Of a stretch of DNA of 43,642 bases, positions 1 through 8,718 are shown one piece after another. Each line of letters begins with the position of its first letter. Position 1 is the stretch's first letter. The stretch is from Leptospirales bacterium. Lineage in GTDB: Bacteria; Spirochaetota; Leptospiria; Turneriellales; JAOUFE01. Under the pieces are notes generated by a model. The model was not told the origin of the DNA. It ran no database searches and was given only the letters and a program-made list of their open reading frames with translations. The DNA lies in assembly GCA_040326155.1 (NCBI GenBank), contig JBEQLE010000032.1, positions 1 to 43,642 on the forward strand, written 5' to 3'. Made by a program: the position numbers and the translations under genes.

Positions 1-785
1 AAAAGCAGTCTTATCCACGAATGTTTTGTAAAACAAAATCCCGATGCTATTGTAATTGACCAGTCAGTTATTGGCAAATCGTCGCGCGCTAATCCTGCTA
101 CTTACACTGGTGTGTTCGATTTGATCCGAAAGGAATTTAGTAAGGCAACAGGCGCAGATGCTTCTTTGCTCAGTTATAATTCCAAGGGCGCATGCCCAAA
201 ATGTAACGGCTGGGGTTATTAAACTTTGAACTAGATTTTTTGGATGCTGTTAAAACGGTATGCGATGAATGTAATGGGAAGCGATACCATTCAGATATTC
301 TTGCTCTTAAATACCAGAGTAAAAGTATTTCTGATGTTCTGAATATGACAGTCAGCGAATCACTTGATTTTTTTAAATTAGATAAGATAAGAAAACATTT
401 GACAATCTTAAATGAAGTTGGTTTGAGTTACCTGAAAATCGGTCAATCTCTTAGTACTTTATCCGGCGGAGAATCGCAACGTTTGAAAATTGCAACAGAA
501 CTGCATAAAGAGGGTAATATATATGTTATGGATGAGCCAACCACCGGCCTGCATATGTCGGATATCGATAATTTGTACCGGATTGTGAAAGCATTGGTTG
601 ATTGTAAAAACACAGTACTGATTATTGAACACAACCTTGATATCATCAAACATGCTGATTGGATTATTGACTTAGGGCCGGAAGGCGGTAACAATGGTGG
701 AAAAGTTCTATTTGAAGGCATACCGGAAGATATGATAAATGAAAAACGTTCATTAACCGGTAAATATCTGAAGGAAGTCTTATAA
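1..785 (+). pseudogene. C-terminal part of a UvrA-family (UvrA2/DrrC-like) ABC ATPase, split by a frameshift near nt 210
   Basis: Frame 1 from nt 1 reads KSSLIHECF...VIDQSVIGKSSRANPATYTGVFDLIRKEF...NSKGACPKCNG, then TAA at 220. Frame 3 continues LGLLNFELDFLDAVKTVCDECNGKRY...LSGGESQRLK...YVMDEPTTGLH...IIDLGPEGG, giving the second UvrA NBD and zinc finger. May be a sequencing error. Confidence 0.8.
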
Positions 786-838
786 TATATTTAACGGTAA
801 TCGACGGCGATAAAAATTATATGATAGACCGTTTTAAA

Positions 839-905
839 GCGCACAACAAAGTTTATCTGTTCGGGTCAGCTTCGCTGCCCCTCAGGTTTCGCAAATAGCT
901 CAACC
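839..905 (+). repeat. attC-like element, left arm only (degenerate)
   Basis: GCACAAC (841-847, R''-like) is followed by TTTATCTG (852-859), the reverse complement of CAGATAAA at 6488-6495. It shares a GCAAATAGC loop with the 6340-6521 element. Confidence 0.4.
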
Positions 906-1035
906 ACATTTTGGGGTGCCTCGACTAATCCACCAGAGCATCCTTCGGATACGCTACTAATAAACTCAACAAAGGAACCGAATATGAGGGCACTGAAAAA
1001 GTACCATCGGGTCATGCCCTCGTTTTTTATCGGAA

Positions 1036-1533
1036 TTATTTGATAGATTCTATCAGGTCGCTCAAACTAATTATTTTACTGCCTTTACTTTCATAATATT
1101 GTATCATTTCGGGAATTTTCTTTTTATCCCAACTGGTAATGCAATCTGATAAGACAGTAACTTCATAATTTGCCTTACGTAAATTATAACAAGTTGATTT
1201 AACGCAAACAGCAGCATCTGCTCCTACTATGTAGAACTCACATATTTCATTATTATCAATAAAGTTTGCAAATTCTTCACTGCTTAATGCGTTTCCTTTG
1301 TATTTTGTAAAAACATTTTTTGATACTATTTTCAAGTCTGAAGCTAATTCAGACCCATATGTATTGGGTTTAAGAGTCCTCGTGCCGGCTGATAAATTTT
1401 CATGTCTTATATAAATAACATCTCTATCATTACTAACTGCCCAATCAATGGCTTTATTTATATTATCAATTATTTCCTTGTAATTCTTTGTTATATCATT
1501 TTGAATATCTATTATTACTAAGGCTTCTTTCAT
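1036..1533 (-). CDS. Isochorismatase/cysteine hydrolase family protein
   Basis: ALVIIDIQND at the N-terminus, FTKYKGNA, and GADAAVCVKST with the catalytic Cys; RBS GGAG upstream. Confidence 0.9.
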   Translation of the reverse strand: MKEALVIIDIQNDITKNYKEIIDNINKAIDWAVSNDRDVIYIRHENLSAGTRTLKPNTYGSELASDLKIVSKNVFTKYKGNALSSEEFANFIDNNEICEFYIVGADAAVCVKSTCYNLRKANYEVTVLSDCITSWDKKKIPEMIQYYESKGSKIISLSDLIESIK

Positions 1534-1716
1534 GGTAGTTTCACTCCAATAATTTTCATTGTTTTGTTTTTTAGATAAGTTCTCTGAATAAAGACCTGTT
1601 GAAAAAAAAGAATTGTTGCTAAAGACAAAAGTATTTCATAATACCCCCTTTCATTCCCCTCTGAAGGACCTTTTCATACTGAATAGTCCGTGTCTTAAAA
1701 TTTGCTATCATAAAAA

Positions 1717-2187
1717 TTAGCACCGCGTAATAAGCTGTTCTTCTGCTATCATGAGTTTTGAAAGGAGATTATTTATTGCCTTTTCGGCCTCATTTAGCTC
1801 ATCTTGTCCAATTAAATCATTAATTCTCTCTGCCCATGTAACTACTTTGGGGCGTATTGTTTTAATAGAATTTAGTCCTTTTTCTGTACATGATAAAAGC
1901 TTTGCACGTTTATGGGCGGGATTCGGTAGATACTCAGCCAGCCCGTCAATTACAAGTACATCAGCAATACGTTGGACACTTTGACGCGTTAATCCTATAC
2001 TTCTCGCTATTGCTGCTACTGTATGTTGCTCATGCAGGACGATGCCAAGGACTTGCCAACGTGCAGATGTTAATTCACTCCCTTTTGTAAGACAGTCTGC
2101 CGCCTTTATAAAATAGCCATTCAACTTAAATACGTCTAATACAATTCCGTTTACTACTTCAACTGATGACCTATTTCGTTCCTTCAT
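1717..2187 (-). CDS. MarR-family transcriptional regulator
   Basis: LTSARWQVLG...TVAAIARSIGLTRQSVQRIADVL...NPAHKRAKLLSCTEKG winged helix. Confidence 0.9.
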   Translation of the reverse strand: MKERNRSSVEVVNGIVLDVFKLNGYFIKAADCLTKGSELTSARWQVLGIVLHEQHTVAAIARSIGLTRQSVQRIADVLVIDGLAEYLPNPAHKRAKLLSCTEKGLNSIKTIRPKVVTWAERINDLIGQDELNEAEKAINNLLSKLMIAEEQLITRC

Positions 2188-2821
2188 GACTTAAGGCCTC
2201 CATAAATTCTAAATAGTATTCAGGATTTCCTGTTTTGTATAAGTTATACCAGGCATTAAGTGTATTTAACGAAAAGATTCCAAGCCTGCCGAGGATAAGT
2301 TTGGCAAATTCGAGTGAAGCAGTCACAGAGGCAGTAATAATACAACTATCTTCAACTGCAGGTTCTTGAACATAATTTGCCATCCCGCGATATCCGCTGG
2401 AGGCAAGCCAATTTGAATCGTTGCTGGTATGACGACGATCGTCCAGAAGCCCCACTCTCGCGAGACCAAAAGTGGCTCCACAGATTGCAGCAATTGGAAC
2501 TCCAGAATCTGCAAAATTCTGTGCTTTAGCAAGTACGGGGTCTGTAATTGTGTCAGCCCATAGTTCTGAACCAGGCAATATCAACATTGAGCTTTTCCCT
2601 GGCATCAGTTCATCTATAGACATATCAGGTTGAATTGTTATCCCGCCCATAGATCGAATCATTTTTCGATCTATGCCCACAGTTTTCACACTATATTTAG
2701 ATGCTATACCTGGTGCAGGTCTGTTAATATGAGCGATAGCAAATGCAGCCTCCCAATCTGCCATTGAATCCAATACAACCAAGTGGACATCCCTCAAACC
2801 ATTATTATGTTCATTTTTCAT
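2171..2821 (-). CDS. DJ-1/PfpI family (glutamine amidotransferase-like) protein
   Basis: MADWE, LILPG, AAICGA nucleophile-elbow Cys, HTSN. Start moved to ATG 2821, which has an AAGGGAG RBS. Overlaps the MarR gene start. Confidence 0.88.
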   Translation of the reverse strand: MKNEHNNGLRDVHLVVLDSMADWEAAFAIAHINRPAPGIASKYSVKTVGIDRKMIRSMGGITIQPDMSIDELMPGKSSMLILPGSELWADTITDPVLAKAQNFADSGVPIAAICGATFGLARVGLLDDRRHTSNDSNWLASSGYRGMANYVQEPAVEDSCIITASVTASLEFAKLILGRLGIFSLNTLNAWYNLYKTGNPEYYLEFMEALSHEGTK

Positions 2822-2857
2822 GTTGCATTCTCCCTTTATAGATTTAATTAAGTAACA

Positions 2858-2874
2858 TGACAGCATGCTGTCAA
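2858..2874 (-). promoter_or_regulatory. Perfect 16-bp palindrome TGACAGCATGCTGTCA overlapping a TTGACA -35; probable MarR operator
   Basis: Palindrome at 2858-2873, about 37 nt upstream of the DJ-1/MarR operon. Minus-strand TTGACA at 2874-2869. Confidence 0.7.
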
Positions 2875-3221
2875 TTGTTTTTGTATTTTCTTGCCTTAAC
2901 TCTAATTGAAGATTTCGAGCGCACATTGGAGTTTTTGCTGCCACCGTTTAAAGTCTGGGCGCTTCGTCATTTCGTAAAGCGACAAGTATTTAATCACTTT
3001 TTCGGAATATGATTTTTCAGCATTTAATTAGCGCAAAATATGCTGCGCCTGTTTTTTAAATATTTCCACCATTTTTTATGGGTGGGTTTGTAATCTTGGT
3101 AACATTTCAACTCTACTATTCAACAAACGAGATCTTCTCTGAAGCGCGATCAAAGGTTATCGGTAAAAGCAAATTTTAAAATTCTTATGGTAAACCTCTC
3201 AAAGCAAATAATAATGTATTT

Positions 3222-3812
3222 ATGCGGGAAACATTCAAGTCATTCGTCAATAGCATATTGCCCTTGCCAGAAAAAGAATGGGAGCTTACTAAACATTCAT
3301 TGATTGAGAAATCTTACAGTATGAAGAAGCTTTTATTGTTACAAGGTGAAGTATGTCAACAAATGAGATTCGTTATATCAGGGATAGCTAGAACGTATTT
3401 TATTGATCCTGATGGCAAAGAATTTACCTGGTCTATACATTATAGCAATCCACAATTACTTGAAAAAAACTTATTTCTTCTAGATTACCATAGTTTTCTA
3501 ACTCAAACGCCCTCGAAACTTTACATAGAAGCCATAACGGATATAAAAGTTCTGGAAATGGATAATAATTTTATACTATCACTTTATGAAAAATCTAAAT
3601 ACTGGAATCAAGTTGGCCGAATTATTACTGAGAATGTATATTTATACACACATAATAGAACATTCTCTTTATTAACTCTATCAGCTAAAGAAAGATATAA
3701 AACACTTTGCAAGGAAGAACCACTATTAATGTCAATAATCCCTCAACATTATCTAGCAACTTATTTGGGGATTACACCAGAGTCCTTAAGTCGTTTAAAA
3801 AAATCCTCATAA
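3222..3812 (+). CDS. Crp/Fnr family transcriptional regulator
   Basis: cNMP-binding region (LLLQGEVCQQMRFVISGIARTY) and C-terminal SAKERY...IPQHYLATYLGITPESLSRLK HTH. Confidence 0.9.
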   Translation: MRETFKSFVNSILPLPEKEWELTKHSLIEKSYSMKKLLLLQGEVCQQMRFVISGIARTYFIDPDGKEFTWSIHYSNPQLLEKNLFLLDYHSFLTQTPSKLYIEAITDIKVLEMDNNFILSLYEKSKYWNQVGRIITENVYLYTHNRTFSLLTLSAKERYKTLCKEEPLLMSIIPQHYLATYLGITPESLSRLKKSS

Positions 3813-3828
3813 ATTAACATATGGTAAT
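3813..3828 (+). promoter_or_regulatory. Near-palindrome ATTAACAT-ATGGTAAT; candidate binding site for the adjacent Crp-like regulator
   Basis: One-mismatch inverted repeat immediately after the Crp stop and upstream of the SDR gene. Confidence 0.45.
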
Positions 3829-3884
3829 GACAAATGCTCCTTTATACTATATAAATAACTATAAATTCTGAAGGAGCATTAAGA

Positions 3885-4661
3885 ATGAAAAAAACTATTT
3901 TGATCACAGGGGCCTCGAGTGGCATAGGTACTGAATTTGCCAGATTGTTTGCTAAAGGTGGAAACAATCTTATACTGACGGCCAGAAACACAAGCAAACT
4001 GGAATCACTTAAGAATGAGTTAATCACTCATAAAATCCAAATTAAAATCGTTTCACTTGATCTTAGTTTGCCAGCGTCAGCAGATAAATTATTTGAAGTT
4101 TGCGAATCTGACAATATAGATATATTAATTAACAATGCCGGCATAGGCTTATATGGAGAACATACCAGTATACCTCAGAAAGAAATTGAAGCAATGATTA
4201 ATCTCAATATTACTTCATTAATAACCCTCTGCAGAGTATTCGGCGACCAGATGAAATTAAGAAAATCTGGAAGTATTTTAAATGTGGCTTCTACAGCTGC
4301 TTACCAACCTGTCCCAACTCTGGCAGCGTATGCAGCTTCAAAAAGTTTTGTATTAAATTTCTCAGAAGCCATCTCCCAAGAGTTATACCCTTATGGTGTT
4401 GTTGTTTCATGTCTTTCGCCAGGCCATACCGATACAGAATTCTTTACTTCCGCCGGAATCGAATCCAAAGATAGCGGTTTTTTCTCTACAAAAGGAAGAA
4501 TACACCCATCTAAAGTTGCACAACATGGTATTAACATTTTATTTAAGAAAAAAATATCTTCAATACCTGGTGTTAAAAATTACATTCTAGCGTTCTCCAA
4601 CCGGTTTGCCCCCAGAGCTATTGTTGCTAGATTATCAAAATTACTACTTTCCGGAGTATAA
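3885..4661 (+). CDS. SDR family oxidoreductase
   Basis: TGASSGIG, NNAG, YAASK motifs; AAGGAG RBS. Confidence 0.93.
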   Translation: MKKTILITGASSGIGTEFARLFAKGGNNLILTARNTSKLESLKNELITHKIQIKIVSLDLSLPASADKLFEVCESDNIDILINNAGIGLYGEHTSIPQKEIEAMINLNITSLITLCRVFGDQMKLRKSGSILNVASTAAYQPVPTLAAYAASKSFVLNFSEAISQELYPYGVVVSCLSPGHTDTEFFTSAGIESKDSGFFSTKGRIHPSKVAQHGINILFKKKISSIPGVKNYILAFSNRFAPRAIVARLSKLLLSGV

Positions 4662-4733
4662 TAATGTATAAAAACCCCCTGTCTTAAGAGCATTTAATCT
4701 ACTAACGCTCGACTTCACAGGCGTTAAGGGTCT

Positions 4734-4758
4734 GGCAATGGGCTCTTGCCGTTTTTTT
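4734..4758 (+). terminator. Possible intrinsic terminator
   Basis: GGCAA-7nt-TTGCC followed by GTTTTTTT; the stem is short. Confidence 0.35.
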
Positions 4759-4787
4759 AATAACGAATATTTAATAGAGGAAACATT

Positions 4788-5258
4788 ATGGAAAAATATT
4801 TATTAGCAAAATCTTTGCACATTTTTGGTGTAGTATTATTCCTGGGCAATATTGTTGTAACTGCCTTATGGAAATTACTAGCTGAGAGAACCAGAAATCC
4901 AGCAATCGTTGCTTTCTCTCAGCGATTAGTAACGATTACCGATTTTGCCTTTACTGCTATTGGTGCTGCCCTCATTTTTGTAACAGGCAGGTATTTCTTG
5001 GCTAACAAATTTGGTGAAATTAATACGATTTCATGGCTTTCATGGGGGTATTGGCTATTCATTGTTTCCGGACTATTATGGATCGTTGTTCTTGTCCCTG
5101 TTCAAATCAAGCAGGCCAAATTGGCAAAAGAGTTTGAGAACAAAGATGAAATTCCCAACCGATATTGGACACTCTCAAAAATATGGGTAATAGTAGGTTT
5201 TGTTGCAACAATATTACCTCTTGCAAATTTATACTTCATGGTTTTTAAGCCAACATGA
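4788..5258 (+). CDS. DUF2269-family integral membrane protein
   Basis: AKSLHIFGVVLFLGNIVVTALWK N-terminus, four TM segments, C-terminal YFMVFKP. Confidence 0.85.
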   Translation: MEKYLLAKSLHIFGVVLFLGNIVVTALWKLLAERTRNPAIVAFSQRLVTITDFAFTAIGAALIFVTGRYFLANKFGEINTISWLSWGYWLFIVSGLLWIVVLVPVQIKQAKLAKEFENKDEIPNRYWTLSKIWVIVGFVATILPLANLYFMVFKPT

Positions 5259-5306
5259 AATTGCCGGATTCTTCAATTTATATATTTTGTATTTTATAAT
5301 CTCAAA

Positions 5307-5501
5307 ATAAAATTTGAATTTCATCCAAAAGCACTTGAGGAAAATAAAGATACTGCTCAATATTATGAAGAATGTCAATCCAGTTTAGGACACCGTTTTA
5401 TTTCAGCGGTCGAACAAGCGATTCTTCGTATTACAGAAAAACCTGAACAATGGAAAATTATTGAAAAGGATGTTCGTCGTCCATGCCACATCAATGTTTG
5501 A
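5307..5501 (+). pseudogene. Truncated RelE/ParE-family toxin
   Basis: Not in the ORF track. Reads (ATA)KFEFHPKALEENKDTAQYYEECQSSLGHRFISAVEQAILRITEKPEQWKIIEKDVRR. The start codon is ATA and similarity ends at about 5480. Confidence 0.75.
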
Positions 5502-5514
5502 GGTTCGAAGCGTT

Positions 5515-5912
5515 GTCGAGTAGCCCGCAGGAACTTCCCCCGCAGGCTCTCACCAAGTGGTTTCTTTGAAACCACTTGCCGTACTTGAAACTCTCACTTC
5601 ATACGGCTCTTATAATCCAGCCGCTGGGCTTGTAGCCAATCCGCCAATGATGAAAAAGGTCTGGATTAGCCTGCGAAATGCGAACCAACCAATGTTGGGT
5701 CTTCTTATATTTCCCTCGCATTCGTTTATATTTTCGCATGGCCCAGATAATTAATTTGTGATCGAAGTGTTGGTATATAGTCGCCAGCTCCGACGGATAA
5801 AAAGAACCAAAATAATTTATCCAGCCTCGAATGGCCGTGTTATAATATTTAGATAGTTCTTCAATCGTCCCGGCGGTTTGCGTTGGAATATTCCAACTGC
5901 GAATTGTCTGCC
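5515..5912 (-). mobile_element. 3' remnant of a group II intron (maturase X-domain fragment plus domains V and VI)
   Basis: Minus strand encodes RQTIRSWNIP...NTAIRGWINYFGSFYPSEL...WAMRKYKR...PDLFHHWRIGYKPSGWIIRAV* (stop 5601-5599). It runs into DV GAGCCGTATGAAGTGAGAGTTTCAAGTACGG and DVI GCCTGCGGGGGAAGTTCCTGCGGGCTACTCGAC, ending at 5515. Resembles bacterial class D. Confidence 0.9.
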
Positions 5913-6336
5913 TATCGAAGCCATAGGAATTGCAGATATTCTTTTAACCCTTAAAGATCAATTAAGCTTGAATGAAAAGAAAATGACAGAAATCGCCTTA
6001 GCTCATCCATTGGGTGAAATATTTTATTCTCTGCCCGGTGCCGGCAAAATATTAGCTACAAAATTACTCGGCTTGCTCGGAGATAATAAAAAAAGATTTT
6101 CCAAAGCCAATCAGGCACAGAGCCTTTTCGGCACTGCCCCCATTAACTACCAAAGCGGTGGTTACCATAAAGTTATGATGCGTAAGACTTGTAACAAACG
6201 AGGGAAATCTATTTTGTTTACTTTTGATTTTTCATCGCTACAATATGCCAAGTGGGCTAAAGAAACTATGATAAACAACTAAAGCTTGGGAAAAATCATT
6301 CCGTAGCTGTTCGAGCCTTGTCAAATAAGTGGCTGT
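5913..6336 (+). pseudogene. IS110-family transposase, C-terminal fragment with frameshift
   Basis: SLPGAGKILATKLLG...GTAPINYQSG...CNKR (Transposase_20-like). After a shift near 6263 another frame reads YDKQLKLGKNHSVAVRALSNKWL. The N-terminal DEDD domain is absent. Confidence 0.85.
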
Positions 6337-6339
6337 GGC

Positions 6340-6521
6340 TTAACCGCCCTAGTCGCACTAAACTCTTTGGCAAATAGCCAAAGCCTACGGGAGGTTAGTT
6401 TGCGCTCGTTGAGAATGGCCCTTCGGCCGGAATTTGTAAGACAAATTCTGGGGCCATTCCCTGCTGATTCAGGTAGTCCCAAAACGTCAGATAAAATCTA
6501 AACGTTATACGGAATTTTGCC
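6340..6521 (+). repeat. attC-like structured element, right arm retained
   Basis: Nested hairpins (CTTTGGC/GCCAAAG; GAATGGCCC/GGGCCATTC; GAATTTGT/ACAAATTC) end in CAGATAAA...GTTATAC (6504-6510, R'-like). Confidence 0.55.
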
Positions 6522-6671
6522 TCGACCTACCCTCTGGAGATCACTCTTAATATATGTTAATCTCGGTTAATGATTTATCGTCCTTGGATACTATCAACGA
6601 TATATTCCTTTAATCATATTATGCAATTTTAAAGTTTTTCTTGCATTGCTCTCAATTTGCTTAATTTTTAG

Positions 6672-6708
6672 TTGACAAAAACTGTCAATTGTATTAATAT
6701 TTAATACA
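6672..6708 (+). promoter_or_regulatory. sigma70 promoter with two inverted repeats; probable TA autoregulatory operator
   Basis: TTGACA at 6672-6677, 17-nt spacer, TAATAT at 6695-6700. Inverted repeats TTGACA-5-TGTCAA and TGTATTAA-3-TTAATACA (6690-6708). AGGAG RBS follows. Confidence 0.7.
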
Positions 6709-6723
6709 GGCAAGGAGTTAACC

Positions 6724-6942
6724 ATGAGAGAAATAATATCTATTAGTCTAGACCAATCATTAAAGAAAAAACTTGATAGAGCTTCTAAGAAATTCCACGT
6801 TTCGAAAAGTGAGATTGTACAGAAAGCGTTGGAAAAATATATTTCACATGAGGAATTTCGGGAACTTAGATCCATACTAGTACCATACGCAGAGAAAGCA
6901 GGGTATTATACAGATGAAGACACCTTTAACGAAGTTTCATGA
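6724..6942 (+). CDS. Ribbon-helix-helix (CopG-like) antitoxin
   Basis: ISISLDQSLKKKLDRASKKFHVSKSEIVQKALEKY RHH pattern; C-terminal TDEDTF; ATGA overlap with the PIN gene. Confidence 0.88.
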   Translation: MREIISISLDQSLKKKLDRASKKFHVSKSEIVQKALEKYISHEEFRELRSILVPYAEKAGYYTDEDTFNEVS

Positions 6943-7334
6943 AAATTGTTTTCGATACTAATGTTTTATTATCAGCCTTCGCCACCCATGGCCTATCATA
7001 TCGAGTATTAGATATTTGCCTTGATAAGCATAAAATATTTATCTCACAATGGATTATTGACGAAATATCTGAAAAATTGAAAGATAAATTTAACGTAGCA
7101 AAAAATGATATATTAAAAGTTCACCAATTTATCGAAAGTGATTTTAAAATAGTCATACCCATAGGTAACTTACCTGAAGCTTGTCGGGATGCGGATGACA
7201 ATAATATACTACATCTTGCTGATTTTTGTAATGCAGAAATCATTATTACCGGTGATAAGGATTTGCTCGTTCTACACGAACATAATCAAGTTAAAATAAT
7301 TAACCCAAGGACATTCATTGAAGAGTATAATTGA
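6939..7334 (+). CDS. PIN-domain toxin (VapC-like)
   Basis: MKIVFDTNVLLSA, CRDADDNNIL, IITGDKDLL. Confidence 0.92.
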   Translation: MKIVFDTNVLLSAFATHGLSYRVLDICLDKHKIFISQWIIDEISEKLKDKFNVAKNDILKVHQFIESDFKIVIPIGNLPEACRDADDNNILHLADFCNAEIIITGDKDLLVLHEHNQVKIINPRTFIEEYN

Positions 7335-7575
7335 GTCGGCAAAACTTCAGATAACAAATTTTACCCTGCTCTGCACAACTCTATTGTACCCGACCTGGTA
7401 TTTACATGCGAGGGAAAGCCCTACCCTTTTTTCGCCTCCACTTATTCGAATAGATTGCTCGATAAAAATCGATAAAAACCATTATACGAATTTTCAATTT
7501 CAAAAATATGAGAAATGGGAAAAAAATATCTTGATTTACTGGTAGCAAAAACGAAAGTGATATCTGAGTAAACAA

Positions 7576-8436
7576 ATGAATGAAAAAATGAAAACCATAC
7601 ACAACAGAAAACCGTACAACGGTTTAAGATTAGTTTCTAATGTATTAATATCTTCTTTTTTAGCGTTGTCGACAACAACACTATTTTCAGCGGACTTAGA
7701 TCGGGCCATCCAACTTCGAGAATCGGGTAATACCTTGGAGGCCATTCGTCTGCTAAAAAGCGAAAGGAAACCTACGTTAGAGGAAAACGCTCTGCTTGGT
7801 AAACTTTACCTCGATCGAAACGAATACAAAACCTCGCTTTATTATTATAACCTCTCTTGCCCTGCTTTGAATGTGGCGTGGTGTTTCAATGAATGGGGCG
7901 TCGCCTTTATGATGTATGGGGTCTATAAAAATGCCTGGGGAGCTTTTACAAAAGCGGTCGAAATGGAACCTGAAAATGCTCAATACCACTCGAACCTTGG
8001 ACTTTGCTATTTTTACCGGGGTAAACCGGACGACGCCGGAAAACAATACAAGCTGGCTTTACAATACGACCCGCAAAATGAAACGGCGAATATCAACTAC
8101 GCCGTGCTATTAATACGCAAAAAAATGTATGAAGAGGCTACGACAAGATTACAAAATGTTCTCAGTACAGACGACTCAAATCATTTTGCCCTTTTATATC
8201 TGGGCTATGCTTATTATCGTCAAAAACAGTATGCACTGGCAATCGAACAATACGATAAGGCTTTGTCGTTTAACCCAAACTCGGCTGATCTTTATTTATA
8301 CCGCGCTTATGCATATTACGAAATGAACGCCCTTGGACAAGCCGAGGCAGACTTAAACCGAGCTGAAGCGTTGCAGCCTAAACATCCGAAAGTGGGAATT
8401 TTGCGTTCTATGATACAAAGAAGAAGAGGCTACTGA
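7576..8436 (+). CDS. Exported tetratricopeptide-repeat protein
   Basis: Hydrophobic signal-like N-terminus and several TPR units (e.g. AQYHSNLGLCYFYRGKPDDAGKQYKLALQYDP). Confidence 0.88.
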   Translation: MNEKMKTIHNRKPYNGLRLVSNVLISSFLALSTTTLFSADLDRAIQLRESGNTLEAIRLLKSERKPTLEENALLGKLYLDRNEYKTSLYYYNLSCPALNVAWCFNEWGVAFMMYGVYKNAWGAFTKAVEMEPENAQYHSNLGLCYFYRGKPDDAGKQYKLALQYDPQNETANINYAVLLIRKKMYEEATTRLQNVLSTDDSNHFALLYLGYAYYRQKQYALAIEQYDKALSFNPNSADLYLYRAYAYYEMNALGQAEADLNRAEALQPKHPKVGILRSMIQRRRGY

Positions 8437-8718
8437 TAGGGAAGTGGTTTGAAACCGATATCGTAGCGGCGTACATCGTTTCGGGACCAGACCCCGATCG
8501 TCTTGATTACACTGAAATTTACATTGAAAACGTTGGCCTTTATTATTACAAAAAAGGCGACCTCGAATATAAGTTGACAGAAACAAACGTTCTTGATAAC
8601 TCAAAAGCGCAGGATTCTTGTAAATATTAAATCAAAATATTACCGTTTTATTTACACTTTTTTCCAAATTAAGTAACACTTTCACCGGTTCTATTTGTTT
8701 AACTATTAGAATAACGAA

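Noticed and set aside
5878..6282. The 134-aa ORF as an intact gene
   Set aside because: Chimeric: the first codons are antisense intron sequence and the rest is a frameshifted IS110 fragment.
6336..6357. Minus-strand GTGCG at 6357, just after a hairpin, as the 5' end of the group II intron
   Set aside because: Only a 5-mer. It is part of a stem in the attC-like element and no domain I sequence follows.
8437..8630. Open frame WFETDIVAAYIVSGPDPDRLDYTEIY... after the TPR gene
   Set aside because: No start codon or recognisable family; at most a gene fragment.
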